Shown here piece by piece: positions 46,845-64,000 of a stretch of DNA of 64,000 nt. The translations under genes and the position numbers were made by a program. Every line of letters begins with the position of its first letter. Position 1 is the first letter of the stretch. The notes below the pieces were generated by a model that was not told the DNA's origin, did not search any database, and saw only the letters and a list, made by a program, of their open reading frames with translations. Source of the DNA: the human T2T-CHM13v2.0 reference genome, Homo sapiens. The DNA lies in the NCBI RefSeq assembly GCF_009914755.1, contig NC_060940.1. One strand, given 5' to 3'.

Positions 46845-47045
46845 CATGTATTGAATACTGACTATGTACGTGGCACCACATGTCAGTGCTTTATGTGCAT
46901 TAATTTTCAATGACAGCCCTGTGAAGTAGGTACTGTCATAACTCCCACTTTACAGATGTGGAAACTGAGGCATGGAGAAGTTAAGTAACTTTTCCCAGGT
47001 TATAGAGATAGAAGTGGTAGAATTGGGATTTGTACCCCAGTCTCC
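46845..47045 (-). mobile_element. MIR
   Basis: cccactttacagatgtggaaactgaggcatggagaagttaagtaacttttcccagg. Confidence 0.75.
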
Positions 47046-47613
47046 CCAAGCTCTTAAGGAAGTGGCCATGTGAAATTATTAACATTTCAGTTAATAAATG
47101 ACCTGGATAACCACTAATCATTGAAGTAGGATCTTTGGGAGTCTACAAATATCATTCAGAAATGTATCCATTACTCCAAATTCTTTGACTGCTTTTTAGA
47201 AGGAATTAGCACTCAAACTGGCAGCACATATTTTTGAATATCCATGACTATTCCTTCATTCAGCAGATGTTACTTGAGTCCCTGCTATATTACTTTGGGT
47301 CTGATGCATGCCAGGCACACTGGAAGCAGAGAAATATGAGGCATACAGATGCCTTCAAGGAGGTTGCACTTTAGAGAAATACCAGCCGGGTTCAGTATGT
47401 GAAACTTCTCTAATTTGTGGTTGGGAAAACTTTGAGAAGGTGGTGAGTTTTGAGCCCAGACTTCAAGGAAGTCGTCTTACTCACCTTTATTCAGTCCCTG
47501 TGTATGAGACTCATAAGTGAGACCAGTGGGCATAGGTGGAGTTAGATGCTTCCTTGGGTCCAAAGAGACCAGGGAAGAAATAAGCAAGATGTGCTTTAGA
47601 ACTAGTTCAAGTT

Positions 47614-47922
<309 letters not shown>

Positions 47923-48848
47923 TTAGAACCACATCTGTTGGGAAAAAATGCATGTTTAATGGGATGTGTTTCCCCATGTGATTAGCAAATGGGTGTTAAA
48001 TGGAATTCCCAAGAGCAGTTCTGATAAAATAAAAAGAGTCCAGGAGCATTGCTAATAGCGTCATTGGAATCAAGTGTATGGTTTTCCATTATGATGACTT
48101 TGATATATTTTAATAACTTTCTTATTCCAAAAGTAATGTGTTAATCAAAAATATCTAATAATATCTCTCATCTGGAAATTACTTAGATTTTTGAAACACT
48201 CCAGTATTCCCATATCTATTGGGGCATTCATTTGATCTCTCTTTGAGTCCCCTCTCCTCCAGTGGAACATAATGTAATCTCCTGATGGCTTATATTCACC
48301 ATTGTGGGAGCTGTTTATGCATAGTGCTGATGTAAGTGTGTGTGATGATTGAGGAGAGGTGGTTGGTTGTTTTGAGACCTTAGGTCTTCTTTCTCTTTCT
48401 CAGGCACTGGCTAGTGGCCATTAGGTCTGGCTGCTTTCCATGTGTCTGTTTATAACCACTTCCTGGTAAATCTTTTACCTTTGATTAAGTACTAAGAACT
48501 CTGATAGCCAGGCTAGTCAATATGTTTTTAGAGTAAGCATAAACAGGCTCTGAGAGAAGACAAAGGGGCCATCTCTTGAATCAGTGTAAACTCTGCAACT
48601 ACTGTTTTCATTGCCACAAATGTATTGCTTATCTGCATAGAGATAATTGAATTTTGCATTATTGGTGACATCTAGCTAAGCGGCATTACTATTAGGGATA
48701 CTTTGCCAAAAAGAAAAAAAAAAGACAGGAAGGAGTGAAGAAGGGAGGGAGGAAAGGAGGAAAAGAAAAGAAAGAAAAGAAAACCAGGTCGGTGCTTTCT
48801 TTTGGATCTCATTTTGAATTTCTCTCCTTTCACATTTGCTCTTTACAG

Positions 48849-48978
48849 TGGATTAAACTTCATTGACTTGATGGTGCGACAAGGGAATATTGACAACCCT
48901 CCCAAGACTCCCCTGGTGCCAGGATTTGAGTGTTCTGGGATTGTTGAAGCTCTGGGGGACAGCGTGAAAGGATATGAG
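48849..48978 (+). CDS. VAT1L: VAT1L coding exon 2 (130 nt)
   Basis: Pyrimidine tract and ttacag acceptor; encodes (C)GLNFIDLMVRQGNIDNPPKTPLVPGFECSGIVEALGDSVKGYE (MDR GroES-like domain); donor GAG|GTAATG; cumulative CDS 363 nt, in frame. Confidence 0.96.
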
Positions 48979-51290
48979 GTAATGTTTGGCTCTCAATTGA
49001 AGAGTAATATTCATTTGGAATCCATTGAGACAACAAAAGATGATGCAGAAAGAAATGTCTGAAATAACCTATGGCGTGCATTATTATCATTGTCTTCTTA
49101 TTTGGACTGTTGACAATGTTTATAGTCATTAAGGTCTCATGCCTTTTTTATAGACTATCTTGGTTGCTCCTGGCAGCATTCTGGTGCAGGGGGCAGGACA
49201 AATCTTGTCTCCCCCTTCATTCATGTCATGCAGCTATTCAACAAAAGTATTTGGCATTTGGATTAACTAAGTGTGCATAGCCCCTTCCCATATCCGGAAC
49301 TCTCATTTTCTGATCATCTTCAGCTCAAAATGCAACTACAAAACACAGAAGTGTAGAGGAAATGGACTCTCTATTTTATAACCTGGCTCCCTCAAATAGT
49401 CACTTAACTGGTACATTTAAGTAATCATTTATAAATCCCTAACTACTTCAGGAATTGGGGAGGTAGCATTTTGGATGAAGAAGATGTTAAAGTCAAAGAG
49501 TGGAGGTACCTGATAAGTAGAACAGAACTGGCCATGGATTGATGGCTTTGGAAGTAGGGAAATGGGCAAAAAGGTTTATTACATTATGCTGACTACTTCT
49601 GTACATGTTCAAAATTCTCCATAATAAAACCTTTTTTAATTTGTAAAAAGATGTATGACCCTTCCTACTATTATAACGCAAATCAAATAGAAACCAGTCT
49701 ATAAAAACTGAAAACCTGTGCACAAGTCAATTACACAAAATTGCAGTAGTTTGGAGTCAGAAAAACCAATGCAAATCAGGTACAAGGGCTCTTACTCATA
49801 ACTAAGTGCTCCCCTAGGGAGGAATGAACATTTGAGAACCCGCTATAATCAGAACCATGGAGAAGTTATCTTTTTTAAGCCTCCACCATAGCCCTGCAAA
49901 GCAAAGATTGTTATCCCCTTGCAGATGAGGTTCGGGAGGGTTCAGTAATTTTCTGTGAGGTCAGAAGGGTAGTTAGTACCACTAGAACCCGGATTCAAAT
50001 CACCAGAGCTTGTTTATCCTTCCTACAGTCTCATGATCTTCACTCCCTACTCCCAGCCCCCAAATACTGCAATAATAAATGCAGGACAGGAGAGCTAAAG
50101 AAGAATCCTATAAAATGCAGTGCCAAAATGCCCTTGAAATTGAATTTGAGCCTGCTTCTCAGTCTCAGCGTGTCTGAGCCTCAGTATCCTGTGAAAAGAT
50201 CAATATGCTCCAAATTCATTATGAAAAATGTCTGGAAATCTCATCCCATTTATTAGTATTTTTGCCAATGGTTTTCAGATAAGACAGCAGATAAATGTTG
50301 AGAAAGAGGCAGTAAATGAGTCTTTTCTTTTCTTTTATACGAATTTACATTTTTTTGTCCCCAGGTAAGCAGTGTAACCAAAGGCACACTATCTCACCCT
50401 GAAAGTGCTGCACATAAGAAATATTATCTTCTCTTCAATCCTCCACATGGTCCCCAAAGAAAAGATCATGCAGCTCACTCCGTTAACCCCAAGCATTGAA
50501 TAAATAACCAGTTATTTTAGAATATAACAGGAAACAGGGACATTGTTCAACTTGGTTTAGAGGGAGAACTTACTATACTTGATTATGTATATTTTTCCTT
50601 TCAATATGACTTATCTTTTGCTAATTTGCCCTGGCTTGTTTACTATCAAGCCCACCCATTAAACTCTCTCCCTTCCAGTGACTTGTGGCTGCACAAAAAA
50701 ATAAGTCACTTACTCGTTTCCAGTTAGGGTGTGATATGGGAGAAAACTGACACTAGTATTCCATCTATAATTTTGACTTAAGATCTTCAGTCATATTGGA
50801 GATGGAATTCCTTGCAGCAGCACACTGAATAGCTCTCTTGGTTTGATAGATCGCAAAGGATGATGAAAAGCTGTCACCGGAGGCCGGGTAATAAAGGAAT
50901 AACTTGGGTGCATTTTGGCCAGGACTGATTTTTTTTTTTCTTAGCAGAATCAAATAATGAGATGAAGTGGTTATGTTTTAAATGTGCCTGCCTCTGGACT
51001 CTGAGACTGGAGCTGAACCTATGGCTTGGACATATTTGCTATTTTGATAATGAAATGGAAGTGATGGAGCAAAGTCAAAGGAGAGATCTGGGAGCAGCCA
51101 GCCCTGTAGTGATGGCCATGAGCACCACTGCCAAGGTGGTTGAAATATTCTGTTCATTACACTCTGTGCTGACCCTGGAGGCCATCAGCTATTCTGTGGG
51201 ACTGAGGCTGTGTCTTTGGGTTTTCGTGATTCTGTGAAGAACAGGATGCTAGTATTAGACCCTAGTTATCTTCTGATGCACTGAAGATGA

Positions 51291-51611
<321 letters not shown>

Positions 51612-53197
51612 TGAAGATGATATTCTTCACATTCACTAATTGGTCTTCACCCCTTCCGGGGATTGGGACACTCACTGACAGTGGGACAGCCTCTCTTACC
51701 CCAGTTTCCTCCTTAGACAGCTGTTCCTCCTGCTTTCTGAAATATAATGAGTCAGTATTTAACTGCTGATTGCTAAACTGTGAATTCCATCAGGTCAGGA
51801 ACCAATCTGTTCTTTTAGAGCAAACATGTATTGCTCTTTCCTCATTTTCCATGCACCATGTTAAGTGCGTTGGGTGTGTATTATGCCATTTAGTTTTCAT
51901 AAAGACCCTTTACTAATATTATACCCATTTCAGAGCTGAGGAAACTGAGCCCTGAAAAGTTCAACTAATATTTCCACACTTTGTAGGTTCCTCTGTTATG
52001 CACCCTTATATAACTTTATGTTTCCTTTGGAGCACTTTTCTCAAGTGTAATGAATTAATTATTTGTATCTGGAATCAGACTATCTGAGGCCATTTCTTTC
52101 ATGGTTTCAAGAGGATTGAGGTAGACTCCCGCACCTGGTCAGATTGAACTTTTACCTAACACTAGGAGGAGATGACAATAGTCATGGTGACTCCCAGGGT
52201 TTCCGTGATTCTCCCTCTACAAATATATTAGAACTAAGAAAACTCACCATGGCCTTGGCTGAGGCTACTTCCAGCTAGATGAACCAGTGCTGCTTTAGAA
52301 TCCCCCTAAAATCAGCAAAAACACACATTTAGCTGAAGACCAAACCCCTTGCCAAGAAAAGGAAAGCTCATCGATGCTCACATCCTCAAGCTCGAGCTCT
52401 GTAGGGGTGTTTCCCATTGTTTCTGTATCTTTTCCTGCAGAATAAGAGAAGGACCCTCAAACCAGCATGAGCCGTCAGTCAGGATAGCCTCCTCTTAGTA
52501 ACAGCTTGTCTTAGCAACACCAAGAAGATGGAAACTGGCTAGAACAAAGGAGAGCTCTGCAGAGAGACAGATCTGAACTGGAAGCCTTCTGCTTCTGCTC
52601 TTCAAAGGCTCCTTCACTTTCCAGCTTCAATTTTCCAATCTATATAAAGGGCACAGTCATAGTTCATTATTAGTCATGAACTTCAAGAACTACATGGAGT
52701 TCTTGTGGGAATTATATAAGGTCACATAAATAAAGGGACTTAGCGCAGATTCAGGAACATATTAGTTTTTGTTTTGGTAAATGCCATTTATTATTATCAG
52801 TAACAATAGCACCTAGCAGCCCCTTCCCCAGTAGTTTCCCTGCCCCAGCAGTCCCTGCCCTAGCAGTGCATTCTAGTCAGTTGCAGACACTGGTTTTCCC
52901 CTTTAGACCTACAGATGTTTCCTATGAGACTACTGAAAGCTTCTCCAGGACTGAATTTCTTCCCTTATTCTCTCCCATTTCCCACCCATGGAGAAGTTAG
53001 ACAACGTTCAGTTACTTGTAATTATCCATCAACCCATCACTCACTATGCACCAAGCATTGGGTCATGCATTGAGAATCCATAAATCAATAAGACCCAGCC
53101 TCTGCCCTCTAAGATCTCCCCATTTAGAGAGGGAGCTAGTCATGTAAAAGGATAAGTCAATATAATGGGATCTGCATAATTATGAAGGATTATATAA

Positions 53198-53521
<324 letters not shown>

Positions 53522-53965
53522 TGAAATCTTGTCTTTACCACTTACAACTGTGTGGTCTTGGGCAAGTTATTTAACTGCTCTGAGCTTTAGGTCCCAGTCT
53601 ATAAAATGGGAACAATAATAAAAGCTACCATAAGGAGTTGTCATAAGAATTAAATGCAGTAATTTAATTTGCTGTCTACTCAGTGCCAGCACACAAGCAG
53701 CTCTCAATAAACAGAGATACTGACAGCAATAAGAAGAGATGTCAGTTCTGCTTTTGTAGGGGAAGGTTGGTCGTCAGGGAAAGTTTTGGAGAAAAGAACA
53801 TTTGAGCTGAGCTTTAAAGGAAAATCAAATATTTTCCTGAAAGAAAGACAGCACCAAGTGCAGAAATAGTAGATACAAAAGCATAAGGGTGTGAGCATGC
53901 ACTTTCTCGTGTTTCCTGCTGCTTTTCCAGCATGCCCATAAGGGAGACACAGGCGTCAATACTGA

Positions 53966-54346
<381 letters not shown>

Positions 54347-55665
54347 TGGCTGATGTTTTATTCTTAATTGTACCCTCTCTGGAACAGACTGCTGTCACCA
54401 CTAGTGTGGAGAGCCACCCCCTTCCAGTATCCAAGAAATCTAGGGTCATTTAGGGGCTTGGAGGAGGGGAGAGAAGAAGGCATGTGGGGGCTGAGCCACA
54501 GATAACATACAGATAAGTCTAGGCAAGGACCTCTCCCTCTCCAGCAGTCCTGGGAGGATTCAGAGAGGGGAAGACCTGCTTAGGTTTATGCCAGGCTACC
54601 CAAGGATAAGGAAAGGAGATGCAAGGAGGCAGTGAGAATGTCCTCCTTGCCCAGCTGTCGGATCATCACATTGATTAATTACTTGCCTCTTTTCTCAAAG
54701 CGAGCAGACCAGACTTTGCCTTGCTCTTGTTGCTGTCACGAGAGCCCCAGAAGACACACTGGGGCAGAGCAATTTGATTCTGTGGTTCAGGTGTCTTTTC
54801 TGAATTAGGTAACCCGAACCCCTGCCCCCGACAGAGCTGCCCTGGCAGCTGGAGCAGAGGTGGCCAGACTCACTTAGAACATTGTTGATGCTGTCTCCAA
54901 CTGTCTCATTCACCTGAACTCCTCATTACCCAGGTCTGAATGGTGCCAAGATCAGTCTGTTGTCTTTATACTATATCATCCTGTAGCCAAACGGACAATC
55001 AAGTCCTCTGGATCCTGTTCCAGACACACACTGAGGCTGAAGCAGCTCTATTCCAAAATACGCAGAACTGGCCAACCTGGAAAATCCCCAGGGTTTTGGG
55101 AGCGCTCACCTCCAGGCTACTCTGACATCCCTTGACCCCACCCACCATTCCCACACCCAAAAAATGAACTCTGTTATCTTTGGACCGATATCTGAAACAT
55201 CGTCATCATAGTTTCATGCTTTTGGCTTAAGACTGCATTCTCTTCTGAAATATTATCCCTTCCAAGTAGATTTTCCTCTAAGCCCTATCACTCATAGCAC
55301 TTGTCATATGAAAATATCAGAGAATATGAATAATTTGAAAGCATGAGCTGTACCTCATTTACAGTTTTATCTCCAGTGCCTAGAACCTAAGATCAAAAAG
55401 GGGCTTCATATGCAAACATGGCGGGTGCTCATTGTGATGTCATGGAAAAATATTTGGAATTAGACAGGCTTCACTCTGTATGTCATTAGGCAAGATACTC
55501 AACCATTCTTAGTCTCAGTTTCTTCAAAATTATAATAAGAATAATATCCTATTAAGCTTTCATGTAGATTAACTGACAAAATGAAGATTACAGTCTAGTA
55601 CATTATGATTGTTTAGCAAATCATAGATTTCATAGTGATCAAATGTACATATAGAAAAACCTCTC

Positions 55666-55980
<315 letters not shown>

Positions 55981-56403
55981 CCTCGCATGAGGAGGAATCC
56001 ATTCTCCAGCCAGGCTGTAAGTTCCTCATGTTTGGCTATGGGGACTACATTTTTGAGAAGTCCTAAAGGAAGGACAGAAGTTTGCCAGGTGAAAGGTGGT
56101 TTCAGAAGAATGAAGGAGGGCTCTGCATTGTTTTGCTACCTTCCTTAGATGCACTGACACTTCCCAGGACTTTCACTACCACCTAAATAATGTTCAGAGT
56201 TTCAAGGAATGGGTTCTCAACTAACCAACTTAGCTGGTTCTGGAGAGGAGAGGGTAGTGGCTGAAGATGGGTGGACAAGAAACATAGAGCTGTCAATGGT
56301 TCATTAAATCAGTTGTATTACTTGTGAAATGTATTAGCTTTTTGCACTGCAAATGTATTTTAAAAGTTATTCGTTTCATCAAAGTATTAAAAAATGATTG
56401 TGG

Positions 56404-56732
<329 letters not shown>

Positions 56733-56788
56733 TCAAGTGTATGAGTCAGGAAAAACCATGTGTTTGTACCGTGGATAGCTCCCAATAA

Positions 56789-57094
<306 letters not shown>

Positions 57095-57173
57095 AGCTCC
57101 CAGTAATTCTGTTCTCTCCTTGAGCCTCTGTCATGAGGTAGCCTCCACTAACTCTGTGTTTCCCCATGCCCAG

Positions 57174-57389
57174 ATTGGAGACCGTGTCATGGCATTTGTC
57201 AATTACAATGCCTGGGCAGAGGTGGTCTGCACACCAGTGGAGTTTGTCTACAAGATCCCGGATGACATGAGCTTCTCCGAGGCTGCTGCATTCCCCATGA
57301 ACTTCGTCACAGCCTATGTGATGCTGTTTGAAGTTGCCAACCTCCGGGAAGGGATGTCTGTGCTCGTGCACTCAGCTGGTGGGGGCGTG
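57174..57389 (+). CDS. VAT1L: VAT1L coding exon 3 (216 nt, phase 0-0)
   Basis: Branch point CACTAAC 57146-57152 and cccag acceptor; encodes IGDRVMAFVNYNAWAEVVC...LVHSAGGGV (start of the NAD(P)H-binding glycine motif); donor GTG|GTAAGT; cumulative CDS 579 nt. Confidence 0.96.
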
Positions 57390-57662
57390 GTAAGTCAGCT
57401 GTTTGTAACTTCTCTTCTTTAAGGTCATGATGGTGGAAGTGGAGTGACACCCCCCTGAGGTCTTATGTGAGCTATGTCCTTTAGCAGGAATCATCACTAT
57501 GGTTCTGGTAGAGTTCACATGGACAGCAAAGCCCATATAGATGATTGCATTGGGGTAGGATAAGCCTGAGAGATGGTTTCTCTGGAGTTTTGGAAGGTCA
57601 CCAAAATGGCCTGTGAGGACACAATGGCTTTCAGAGATAGTTCCTGTTGAGAAGCATTCTCA

Positions 57663-58222
<560 letters not shown>

Positions 58223-60139
58223 TCATCTACTACTGCTATTATTTGAAATGACAAAATGGTCATTTTGTCAGTGATTTAGTTTTTTCAATAAATTGCAGTG
58301 GACTTGAGATGGTTCCCATATTAATGACATTCTTATTAATTTGTATTCTGCTATATTTTCTTGAGTGGGCAGAGATTGTACCAGCACACTAGAAATCATA
58401 CATAAACCTAAGTACATTCATGAAAGTGGTTGCACATGTCAGCGTCATCTGTCAGGTGTGTCTCTGCCAAGGCGGAGAATGGTGGAAATCAAAATTTCTG
58501 CTCTAGATTTCAGGGATGGCAGAAACTTCTCTCATGGTTTGTCTGTGTCTCATTGCCAGGCATTCAGTGTATATTGCATGCCCGCTACATGGCAAGCACT
58601 ATGTCTGTCATTGGTCTACTGGGGTCTGGGTGGAACGTTAGTGTTTCTGAGAGTGGAAGGTACTACCTACTAGTTCAAAACATATTAATTAAACACATAA
58701 CATGTTCTAGACTCTGTGGATATAGAGATTAATCCCCTATCTTAGAGGCTTTGAGAGGTTCTCAGAGTCACTGATTCTGTAGTTTGATGAACTCAGAAAT
58801 AAACTCTTAGGATTTGGTGTATCTCAGAGATATTTCACTGGAGGTTTTGCTAGCATACCGTTGATTTTAAAAAAGAAAAACTTGGCTTTCTGTAACTATT
58901 AAAACTCTATATAGTGTAGAGCACATTTCCGTTGTTTGTATCTAAGAAAACAAGCTCACATCCAGAACCATGAAGGCAAAGATAGGAAACTTTAGGAATG
59001 CCTTAAGAAAAATATCTTCAATCATTTTAGCAAATTTGCTGATACCTTTCGACCATGAATAAAGACATATAAAAGCTAAGCATCCCGTAGAAAAGAAATG
59101 GCTTTCAGTTCCAGTGAATCTGTTAACAGCAAGCAAGCCATTTAGAATGCTGGCATTTATGATCTTAGTGTGCTCAGCATACAAAGTATTAGAGACTTGT
59201 AGTCATACTATCAGCATAAGCTTCAGTCTTTACAATGACGCTGGACTCAGTTCTGCTGAGAATTAGTATTTATACATTTACACCTATGATATTTCATTTC
59301 ATGTTTTTATTTTTATTGTTTTGTTCTTGGAGCAAAGAAGAATGTGTCAGGGGCATGTGTCTTACAAAAGGAAAATAATCTTGGAAAATAAAAAGAAGTT
59401 TTTATCGTGCTCTATTCTGGGCTTACAGATGCTACCGACAATACTAACTAAAGTGTAAAACAGGTGAAGGAACTGGGGAAAGTGGACAATGAGGGTTGGA
59501 AAATAAGTCAATGCACATAGCACAGGCTATGTTGTCCTAAAGCTTTGCTGAAGTTGTACAATTTTGTCTCTTAGCTTTCTAATAGTGAGTGAAAATAGGG
59601 GGAAATGGTCATCCATGTGAACTAGTGTTCATTTGATTGAAATAAAACAGTTACTAGGGGTAACCATAACTAACACTGGTTTTGGGGACCAGAGGACTCT
59701 TTCTTTCTCTGTGGTTTCTCATAAGAAATGTATGGTGAAATGCAATAAACATCCTCAACAAAGCTGTTATAGTAAATGCAACTGTTTCCATGAAGGTTTT
59801 TCTTACGGTGCACTCTTAATGTAATCTAAGAGCATCAAAGTAAAGCAAGATTTAGTGAGAGCATATATTCTTGGGCCAAAAGGATGTGGTCTGGTTTAAT
59901 CTTCAGGCAGAGTTGAAAAGTGCAGTTGGACCCATCTCTCAGACGGGCTGGTCTCTTTGAATAGCGTTCTCTGAAACGAGATTTGATAGGTGGTGTGTGG
60001 CAATTAAAGGTTACCATTAGAGAAGAGATTTTTGGCAAAGTGCAGATCCACATATGTGAACACTCCGCTGAGCCGGGATGGGTGGGGCACTGTCTTACAA
60101 AATCTAAGGAGTCCTGCAGAGAGCCCACACCATCACACT

Positions 60140-60910
<771 letters not shown>

Positions 60911-62330
60911 ACCACTTTCCTGGGGCTGCCTCTCTCCCTCCCTTTTCATTATGGCCCGCCAGCAGAGGCCTGAAGAAAATCAAAGTAGCGAATTGCAGAA
61001 CTACGATTCGTACCTCAATTTGGCTGATTCCAAAACCTCTTCTCTTTCCATTCAACAGCCCAAAATGTTGGGAGAGCCAGCCCAGATTCTTCAGTCCTTC
61101 ATTTAACAAATATTTGTTCAACCTCTACCCAGTGCTCAGCATAGATGTTTTCAAGATCCAAAAGACGGGCCCAGGTACATATTTGCTAACTTGGTGTCGA
61201 TGAGATGACAAAGAAGACTAAACCTAGTAATAGCTGGGGCAAAGTTTCCTAAATAGGGTTATGTAAAGTGTGTAGCCCTAATGGCACCAAGACTTCTGTC
61301 CGAGTTTCATCAAAGGCTGAGATGGGGAATTTGCAGACAGCATGTGAGGAATACCAAACTTAGCTATGGTTTTAAGGAAACCTGAATACAGCATGGAAAA
61401 ATAATTCAATCTGGAGCAGGATACACTCTCATTGGAATTGCCCACTGCCTCCATGCTCTGTCATATCTTTGAGGACATTGTTTTCCTCTGACAATAGCAT
61501 GACAAGATGGCCCCAAATGGCAGTGCTCTTAATAAGATCTTTAGAAACTGGTTGAAAATTGGGTCACAATCCTTTAAAGGAAAAGTAACAAAATAGGTAA
61601 CAGAATGAGACTCATGTTGGGCCTCGAGTTTTGTTGCCAGTCCCGTTTAATGAGCCTTGTTGATAAAGCTGCTATGACTCTGAGTCTCTTAATCCGGGTG
61701 TGCTCAGTTTCTGGAGAGTGGCATTACTGTTCCTGTGAGGTTATTTGCATTTGTGTCTGATATCTGATGCTTTGCAGTTTTCAGAGTCCTCTTACCTTTA
61801 TCATCATATCATCTGAGCAGAGATTACTACAGGCAGTAAGCAAGCATCATTCCCATTTTACAGAAGTGGAAGCTGAGGGTTAGAGAAAATGAAGTGAACC
61901 TAGGTGCCAGCATGTGCCCCGGCTTCCTGACCCCATTTGATGCTGTCACTGGTCCACCACCTCCAGCCAGCCCCTCGAGGAACATGAGATGCGCCTCTAT
62001 TCTGTGCCTTTTCAGAAACTGTCTCAGGGAAGATGAGGCAAGATCAGCACTCTCCCCTCCAGCCACCCTGACCTTCTCACTCTACTCAGAACACTCTTTA
62101 TCTTATGGTGTACTCCTAATGTAATCTAATAGCATCAAAGTAGCAAAATTTGAAGCTCTGAACCTCTGTGCCTTTTCATATGCTGTTTTTTTCTTTCCAA
62201 AATGGTATTCTCTCCCAATTCAGATGTAAGCTCCTCTGGGAAGCCATACTGTCCTCTCTTGTCTGGGTAGCCTTAACCCTTTAATAAAAGCTATAGGAGA
62301 ATCCTTACAGCCTTTTATTTGTCTATGGTT

Positions 62331-62979
<649 letters not shown>

Positions 62980-63419
62980 TGGTTCATCCTCCCAGCAACA
63001 TTTCATGGGCAGAGTTATCATCTACTGAAGGCTGGGTTGTTTGGTAAGAAGAAGACAGGCAAACCTGAATCCAGTCTTCAGCTCTGTCATTTAATAGGTG
63101 GTGGGGGGACACTAGGCAAAGAACTTAGTTTTTATAAAATGAAAATGGTAACATTTACCTCACGTAAGGATTAAGGGAGAAACACAGGGCTTAGCAGACT
63201 ACTTGACATATAGTCTATAAATGGTAAGAAGAGAGGAGATGAGGCAGAGAAGAAAGAGAGCAGAAGGGAGGGAGAGGTTTCTTTATATTCATAGTACTGG
63301 GTACCTATCAGTGGCTGAATAAATGTTTATTGAATTACTCCTGGCCAAATATTTGATGCAGAAAAGGTGCTGCTTCCATGTATGTGTCATACTCCCTGAG
63401 ATGATGAGAATGACATTTT

Positions 63420-64000
<581 letters not shown>

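Noticed and set aside
48944-48966. RE1/NRSE-like GGACAGCG half-site in exon 2
   Set aside because: Left half and spacing do not match TTCAGCACCnnGGACAG; explained by coding sequence

Overview
Primate (almost certainly human) euchromatic DNA containing the CpG-island promoter and first three coding exons of VAT1L on the + strand. VAT1L is a VAT-1-like, MDR/quinone-oxidoreductase-family protein; exons 20801-21033, 48849-48978 and 57174-57389 splice in frame to encode residues 1-193, and the gene continues beyond the window. About 20 kb of upstream DNA and the introns are dense with Alu, MIR, L1, MaLR/ERV LTR and hAT/mariner remnants, including a solo LTR12C facing away from the gene. I found no tRNA, rRNA, CRISPR or second credible protein-coding gene. 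The most interesting signals concern splicing: (1) a candidate 64-nt poison exon in intron 1, between a ~220-nt AG-free CU-rich tract and a (UG)16 repeat (PTBP/TDP-43-type architecture); (2) a weak exon-1 donor with a stronger cryptic donor downstream; (3) a recursive-splice-like YAG|GTAAG site in intron 2; (4) competing inverted Alus around exon 3. Several local duplications and nested retroelement insertions are also visible. Repeat subfamily names come from recalled consensus features, and most repeat boundaries are approximate.
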